From positions 1 through 37,915 of IMG/VR virus record IMGVR_UViG_3300016476_000680: 37,915 nucleotides of DNA; one strand, written 5' to 3'. The position numbers and the translations under genes were made by a program. This document shows positions 34,174 through 37,915 of this stretch, piece by piece. Positions within the stretch are counted from its first letter, which is position 1; the number at the start of each line of letters is the position of its first letter. Under the pieces are notes generated by a model. That model was not told where the DNA came from and searched no databases. It saw only the letters and a list, made by a program, of their open reading frames with translations. The stretch comes from a virus (lineage: Duplodnaviria > Caudoviricetes).

Positions 34174-34249
34174 TGGTGGATCCGCCCGGGTACGATCCGG
34201 GAACCTCGGAGTTAAAAGCTCCTTGCTCTACCAATTGAGCTACGAATCC
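34174..34249 (-). tRNA. trnK: tRNA-Lys(TTT)
   Basis: CT-TTT-AA; T loop ATCGTAC. Confidence 0.9.
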
Positions 34250-34310
34250 GTTATTAGTTTAGTGCGATTTAACGTGCCACACTAAATCCAACAACGGACT
34301 TAATGCGACA

Positions 34311-34343
34311 CTATGATTTACCTCGTTTACTACGTTTCATCAT
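34311..34343 (-). CDS. putative 10-aa basic leader peptide MMKRSKRGKS
   Basis: AAGGAG RBS; the stop overlaps a long hairpin. Confidence 0.4.
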   Translation of the reverse strand: MMKRSKRGKS

Positions 34344-34371
34344 GTGTCTCCTTTAGACTTAAATTAAAATT

Positions 34372-34444
34372 ATAGTGTTTTGCACCATGCACGAGCTGGA
34401 GTTGAACCAGGTCGTTTGCAGACTCGAACTGCTCCGCACACTAT
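34372..34444 (-). ncRNA. closed-stem RNA with two T loops
   Basis: ATAGTGT/ACACTAT; GCAG-TTCGAGT-CTGC and CTGG-TTCAACT-CCAG. Confidence 0.55.
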
Positions 34445-34584
34445 CGGCTACTATCCGTTCACCGTCAAGTATTACTTGAAGCTATAACAGCAGGAGTTCT
34501 CTCCTCTGACACAATGAACCCTGCTTAACGCCGCAGTCTCAAAAACTTTTGTCCGCTAAGTTTCGATTGTGTTCTGCTGTAATT

Positions 34585-34662
34585 CGGCGCTCTGGACCGG
34601 ACTCGAACCGGCAATCTCCACTGTGAAGTGTGGCGCCTTAGTCCATTTTCGGCAACCAGAGC
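34585..34662 (-). pseudogene. degenerate tRNA (Glu-like, shortened anticodon loop, no CCA)
   Basis: Good acceptor, D and T arms; CCAC-ACTTCACA-GTGG; ends GCCG. Confidence 0.6.
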
Positions 34663-34681
34663 ATTAAAGTTTCTTACAGTT

Positions 34682-34759
34682 TGGTACTCCCAGGGGGATT
34701 TGAACCCACCGCTCTTCTCCGTGAAAGGGAGACGACTTAAACCTCTTGTCCATGGGAGC
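34682..34759 (-). tRNA. trnE: tRNA-Glu(TTC)
   Basis: CT-TTC-AC. Confidence 0.9.
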
Positions 34760-34776
34760 ATTAAAACTTTTACAAT

Positions 34777-34851
34777 TGGTACTCTGTAGGGGTTATGCTC
34801 CCCTCTCCTTAGGTTGAAAGCCTAATGTCCACACTAGCTGACTCACAGAGC
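34777..34851 (-). tRNA. trnE: tRNA-Glu(TTC), atypical
   Basis: CT-TTC-AA; T loop AGCATAA. Confidence 0.75.
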
Positions 34852-34923
34852 ATTAAAACTTAACTAGCCGCGAGAACTACGGCGACTAGTCTCTAAATTA
34901 GATAACTGTTTTATTACGTAGAC

Positions 34924-34995
34924 AGTTGTTGGGAGGAATCGAACCTCTAGCTCGGCGCCTAAAAGGTGAGCCCCGCCCCGGATTCCAAACTAACT
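34924..34995 (-). ncRNA. T-arm-containing RNA (GGCTC/GAGCT family)
   Basis: GGCTC..GAGCT hairpin followed by GAGG-TTCGATT-CCTC. Confidence 0.45.
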
Positions 34996-35186
34996 ACTAA
35001 GAGTGGTTGTTTAGTTCAGCTAACTCTCTGTCTGAACAAGTGAGGCTTTTTACAAGGCTCTACACTCATAACCTTGAACGTTAAGTACCAGCATCGCACA
35101 AGCTAGCAGTCTAAAGTGCTATGTTGCTATATCACTGGAGGTTAATATGTTCAGCAACATCTTTAGTCTTATCATTTAATACAGTT

Positions 35187-35215
35187 ATTGTACTATGCTT
35201 GATTTTAAAAAGCAA
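35187..35215 (-). promoter_or_regulatory. sigma70 promoter
   Basis: TTGCTT-17-TACAAT. Confidence 0.55.
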
Positions 35216-35226
35216 GCCTTTTGTTA

Positions 35227-35287
35227 AACAGGATGCACATTTTGGTTTCATTAAAAGTGAAATTGTTTTGTTTGCAGTAGGCATCCT
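35227..35287 (-). ncRNA. minimal Y-RNA-like sRNA (paralogue of 30903)
   Basis: AGGATGC-CTACTGCAAAC...GCATCCT-GTT. Confidence 0.6.
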
Positions 35288-35364
35288 AAAATCATACAGT
35301 GACGGGCCGTTCAACTCCGCTGTCTACATTCCGTTAGTATCAAAACTAACTGCTCACTGTAATT

Positions 35365-35442
35365 TGGCTGTCCCTCTTGGAATCGAACCAAGCTCTATAC
35401 TGATTAACAGTCAGTCGCGTACACCATGCTCGCTCAGGGACA
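35365..35442 (-). tRNA. trnN: tRNA-Asn(GTT)
   Basis: CT-GTT-AA, GCCA. Confidence 0.9.
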
Positions 35443-35477
35443 ATAATTCATAAGGAGTGTTTTTATAGTAGAGTCTC

Positions 35478-35550
35478 CGACGACATGACTGGAATCGAAC
35501 CAGTGACCTGCGGCGGCCTGCCGGTGCTCTACCCACTGAGCTACACGCCT
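35478..35550 (-). pseudogene. tRNA-like gene with a collapsed anticodon loop
   Basis: Canonical D and T arms; CGGC-AGGCC-GCCG; no CCA. Confidence 0.6.
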
Positions 35551-35651
35551 AACTACTACTGTGCGATATTTTAGATGCCCTAAACAGCGTTTGCATCTGC
35601 AACTTTTTAGACATGGTTGCACTAACATGTATTGCAATTCTGCAATAAATT

Positions 35652-35727
35652 TGGCGACTCGTAGGGGTTTCGATCCCCTTACCTCATGCGTGACAGGCAT
35701 GTGCTCTCCCGATTGAGCTAACGAGCC
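35652..35727 (-). tRNA. trnD: tRNA-Asp(GTC), paralogue of 31403
   Basis: CT-GTC-AC; nearly identical body with a different anticodon stem. Confidence 0.9.
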
Positions 35728-35908
35728 ATTAAAATTAAAAATCGTGATCATCTAAACTATTTCTCAAGTAGTTACAGTTTTAACCTTGCGCGGGTTACAG
35801 CATAGATCGACGCTGGACCACGACCTGAAATCGTGGATTTTTTGGGTGAGCAGGACACCCCGGCCTATATGCCTTGTTTAACGTCTATAGCACATAAAAG
35901 ACGGAGAT

Positions 35909-35994
35909 TGGAGCGGGTAAAGGGACTCGAACCCTTGTGCGACTCGCGTCTGCTTGCTTGGAAGGCAAGTGCCTGACCTCTAGGCTACACCCGC
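35909..35994 (-). tRNA. trnG: tRNA-Gly(TCC) with a long variable arm
   Basis: GCGGGTG acceptor, U73, CT-TCC-AA, variable arm GAC-GCGA-GTC. Confidence 0.85.
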
Positions 35995-36001
35995 ATTTAA
36001 T

Positions 36002-36078
36002 TGGCGCGCCTGGCAGGACTCTAACCTGCGACCCTGTGCTTAGAAGGCACATGCTCTATACAACTGAGCTACAAGCGC
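36002..36078 (-). tRNA. trnR: tRNA-Arg(TCT)
   Basis: CT-TCT-AA, GCCA. Confidence 0.9.
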
Positions 36079-36115
36079 ATAAAACTATATTTGTTAAAGA
36101 ACGATTTAGAAAGCT

Positions 36116-36144
36116 ATAATAGCTGATCACGTTCCTGTTGTCAA
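36116..36144 (-). promoter_or_regulatory. sigma70 promoter
   Basis: TTGACA-17-TATTAT. Confidence 0.6.
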
Positions 36145-36218
36145 CAAGTATTTAAAATAAGTTTGCTGGGTAGGTGCTCCAGCGCAGATCGTTTTGATGT
36201 TATCTCACTGCCCTTGTT

Positions 36219-36314
36219 TGGTGGAGTCCCTAGGAGTCTAACCTAGACGGCTATACTAAGAAGTATATTATGAAGCCTTTACAGGTCTTACCGTAACACA
36301 TTTTAACGAACCCC
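36219..36314 (-). tRNA. atypical tRNA-like gene: GTA anticodon loop with a G3:U70 acceptor
   Basis: GGGGTTC/GGACTCC-ACCA, AAGAC-CTGTAAA-GGCTT, variable hairpin TATACT/AGTATA, T arm CTAGG-TTAGACT-CCTAG; irregular D arm. Confidence 0.55.
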
Positions 36315-36320
36315 ATGTTT

Positions 36321-36414
36321 TGGCGGAAGAGGAGAGACTCGAACTCTCACGTCCTTATTCAGAACCCTCGGTTTTCAAGACCGCTGCCGCTAGGCCAACT
36401 CGGCTAACTCTTCC
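36321..36414 (-). tRNA. trnS: tRNA-Ser(TGA)
   Basis: CT-TGA-AA, long variable arm. Confidence 0.9.
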
Positions 36415-36428
36415 ATATTCTTCATGAC

Positions 36429-36506
36429 TGGTGAGAGTGGTGGGGAATGATCCCACGTACTCCAGTTTATAAGACTGGCGCTTGTCACCAACTCAGCTAC
36501 ACTCTC
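36429..36506 (-). tRNA. trnI: tRNA-Ile(TAT)
   Basis: CCAGT-CTTATAA-ACTGG; T loop ATCATTC. Confidence 0.82.
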
Positions 36507-36570
36507 AGTGCAGTCGCATTAAAACCTTGTCCCTCATGATTACCCAGGTGGGGACTAACCTGAATTTAAT

Positions 36571-36649
36571 TTCAGTCTAGTGGACTTGAACCACCAAGCT
36601 CGCCAGAGCCTGCGACCGTGCATCCGCTTGTACTTCGCGTTTGACTGAA
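36571..36649 (-). ncRNA. T-arm-containing RNA (GGCTC/GAGCT family)
   Basis: TTCAGTC/GACTGAA closure, GGCTC-TGGC-GAGCT, GTGG-TTCAAGT-CCAC. Confidence 0.45.
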
Positions 36650-36653
36650 AATT

Positions 36654-36729
36654 TGGCGCGCATAACGGGAATCGAACCCGCCGCAGATAGATCGACAGTC
36701 TAGTATCACCCCCAGGTGGACTTATGCGC
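36654..36729 (-). tRNA. trnD: tRNA-Asp(GTC), divergent
   Basis: CT-GTC-GA, GCCA; unusual D region. Confidence 0.72.
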
Positions 36730-36737
36730 ATTGTATT

Positions 36738-36827
36738 TGGTGGGCTATCGTGGACTCAAACCACGCAACATCTCTATGTACGGTGCACCATTTCAAAGAG
36801 ATAGGATCTCCAATCACTCTAAAGCCT
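36738..36827 (-). ncRNA. tRNA-like RNA with an enlarged anticodon loop
   Basis: ACCA end, T arm CGTGG-TTTGAGT-CCACG, ATCTCT/AGAGAT stem with a 21-nt loop. Confidence 0.5.
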
Positions 36828-36834
36828 ACAATTT

Positions 36835-36917
36835 TAGTGGACTCGATTAGGAGTTAAACCTAATAAGCGCGATCCTCCCTTTCGGGTGCCGCCGTTTTCT
36901 CGTTAAACTACGAGCCC
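36835..36917 (-). ncRNA. tRNA-like RNA with G3:U70 and a GAAA-capped arm in place of the anticodon
   Basis: GGGCTCG/CGAGTCC-ACTA, D and T arms, CCC-GAAA-GGG. Confidence 0.55.
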
Positions 36918-36923
36918 ATAATT

Positions 36924-37009
36924 TAGTGTGACATACTGGATTCGAACCAGTGCAAGGCAACCTATTTTTCAAGGGTATTGCAACCGCACGTTATTACGCC
37001 CTATGCCAC
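36924..37009 (-). ncRNA. tRNA-like RNA with an elongated anticodon arm
   Basis: GTGGCAT/ATGTCAC-ACTA, ACTGG-TTCGAAT-CCAGT, extended stem with TTGAAAA in the loop. Confidence 0.5.
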
Positions 37010-37015
37010 GTTTTT

Positions 37016-37142
37016 TGGTGGAGAGTGAAACCACTCTCCTAAAAGTACGCATCATGGGGGCTAACGGCGTATATTCATCGAAGAAACCTAATATCTTAAC
37101 GCCGTATCTTTTGCTGCACTATTAGGTCTAAGCTGCGTCCAT
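37016..37142 (-). ncRNA. structured RNA ending in a hairpin plus ACCA
   Basis: ACGGCGT/ACGCCGT, ACCTAATA/TATTAGGT, GGAGAGTG/CACTCTCC-ACCA. Confidence 0.45.
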
Positions 37143-37157
37143 GTGTTACTTTTATTT

Positions 37158-37246
37158 TGGTGGGAGTTGATGGTAACGCTCCACGTGTCTACTTCCGATC
37201 TGTTTTATGACGACGGATTTACAGTCCGCTGACCGGGGCAACTCCC
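37158..37246 (-). tRNA. trnY: tRNA-Tyr(GTA), D-arm-less with an enlarged variable region
   Basis: GGGAGTT/AACTCCC-ACCA, GCGGA-CTGTAAA-TCCGT; about 10 nt between the acceptor and anticodon stems. Confidence 0.7.
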
Positions 37247-37256
37247 TTATTTTGTT

Positions 37257-37330
37257 TGGCGTCCCGAGAGAGATTTGAACTCCCACCGACTGTTTTGGAG
37301 ACAGTAATGCTGCCGTTACACTATCAGGAC
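37257..37330 (-). tRNA. trnW: tRNA-Trp(CCA)
   Basis: CT-CCA-AA, GCCA. Confidence 0.9.
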
Positions 37331-37339
37331 AAATTAAGA

Positions 37340-37448
37340 TATTATTTTAAAACACCCTGTGAGAATCACGCTTCCCTATATCTCAAATAGGTTACAAGAA
37401 GTTACACCAGGATTGTCTGACCGTGAAGCAGGATGTTTTAAAATAATA
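37340..37448 (-). ncRNA. RNA cassette enclosed by a 20-bp stem
   Basis: 19/20 inverted repeat; the single mismatch is a U-G wobble on the minus strand. Confidence 0.5.
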
Positions 37449-37479
37449 GCTGAAGACTAAACACTAGCCTTCAGCAATT

Positions 37480-37680
37480 TTAACTACGCTTCTTACTAAT
37501 CAGTCACAAGAGACCTTTCATTAACGTAGACGCCCGTTCGTTTTTTAAAGTGGTTGTCGCAGCCTCGTTCCGCTAGATTCCACTTTGCGTAGTTTACTGC
37601 TTAACAGTAACTCTACGACTTTTGCGATCTGGGCAGTTTAACAACACTGCTAGTACTACTCAAATTCGCAGATCGCTTTC
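37480..37680 (-). ncRNA. putative multi-hairpin ncRNA
   Basis: Successive stems GCGATCTG/CAGATCGC, CGTAG/CTACG and AAAGTGG/CCACTTT downstream of a promoter. Confidence 0.45.
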
Positions 37681-37696
37681 TTTTCTAAGAGTGTGT

Positions 37697-37725
37697 ATAT
37701 TAACTTCCTACACACTCTTTGTCAA
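37697..37725 (-). promoter_or_regulatory. sigma70 promoter
   Basis: TTGACA-17-TAATAT. Confidence 0.6.
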
Positions 37726-37915
37726 GCCTTTTCTTAAATCTTTTTTATTCAATTATTACTTTATCAAATTCATTAAAGTGAGAGTTTCGTAACTATCGAC
37801 AACGAGTAGGTGTCACTCTATGTTATCTGACAATTACCACTAGTTCTAAGTATTACACCGCTTTCCCAGTTATCCACTCACAGTTTTCTGGGTTTTTTAC
37901 ATTAACATAATCTAT

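Noticed and set aside
34585-34662. Opal (TCA) suppressor or Sec tRNA
   Set aside because: Better explained as a Glu(TTC)-like gene missing one loop base next to two Glu genes. It has no CCA, no Sec-type long arms, and genes terminate normally at TGA.
36219-36314. tmRNA
   Set aside because: It has an Ala-type acceptor but is under 100 nt, with no tag reading frame or pseudoknots.
27023-37125. Track ORFs overlapping tRNA or ncRNA genes (e.g. 27023, 27639, 29569, 30000, 30819, 31435, 32349, 32616, 33049, 34525, 35121, 35132, 35434, 35937, 36928)
   Set aside because: They are read-throughs of RNA genes or antisense shadows.
37770-37830. Hammerhead ribozyme (CGAAAC present on the minus strand)
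   Set aside because: No CUGANGA core in the appropriate position.
1-37915. Stop-codon reassignment (alternative genetic code)
   Set aside because: Recognisable proteins are full length in code 11, TAG and TGA both end genes, and no CTA-anticodon tRNA was seen.

Overview
A 38 kb segment of a large (jumbo, T4-superfamily-like) dsDNA phage using the standard genetic code. A proteobacterial host is inferred from sigma70 promoters and IHF-consensus boxes. Bases 1-13.6 kb (+ strand) encode a metallophosphoesterase, cupin, dCMP deaminase, HAD nucleotidase, IF-1, a SOD-like protein, proteins sharing an MRAKE-type N-terminus, two fibre-like structural proteins and a GT4 glycosyltransferase. Bases 13.7-21.9 kb (- strand) hold early-type genes behind strong sigma70 promoters with a fixed 16-bp spacer and IHF-box clusters. 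These include an NrdC.11-like nucleotidyltransferase, a secreted CxxCH/copper monooxygenase-like protein and a SleB-type hydrolase. Bases 22-25 kb hold an S8 protease with a Cys-rich tail, a Cys-rich small protein, a PP-loop protein and a GNAT. Bases 25.5-37.9 kb (- strand) form an RNA island. It has a probable GOLLD RNA with an embedded tRNA-like element, Pth2, about 33 tRNAs (many atypical), three free-standing endonucleases and many non-tRNA structured RNAs. The most striking feature is a family of Y-RNA-like genes sharing a stem + CAGCAA/CTGCAA module. One member is a YrlA-type permuted tRNA mimic and another is its circular permutation, a CCA-ended tRNA carrying the module in place of the anticodon loop. 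All calls come from manual reading and no database searches were run.
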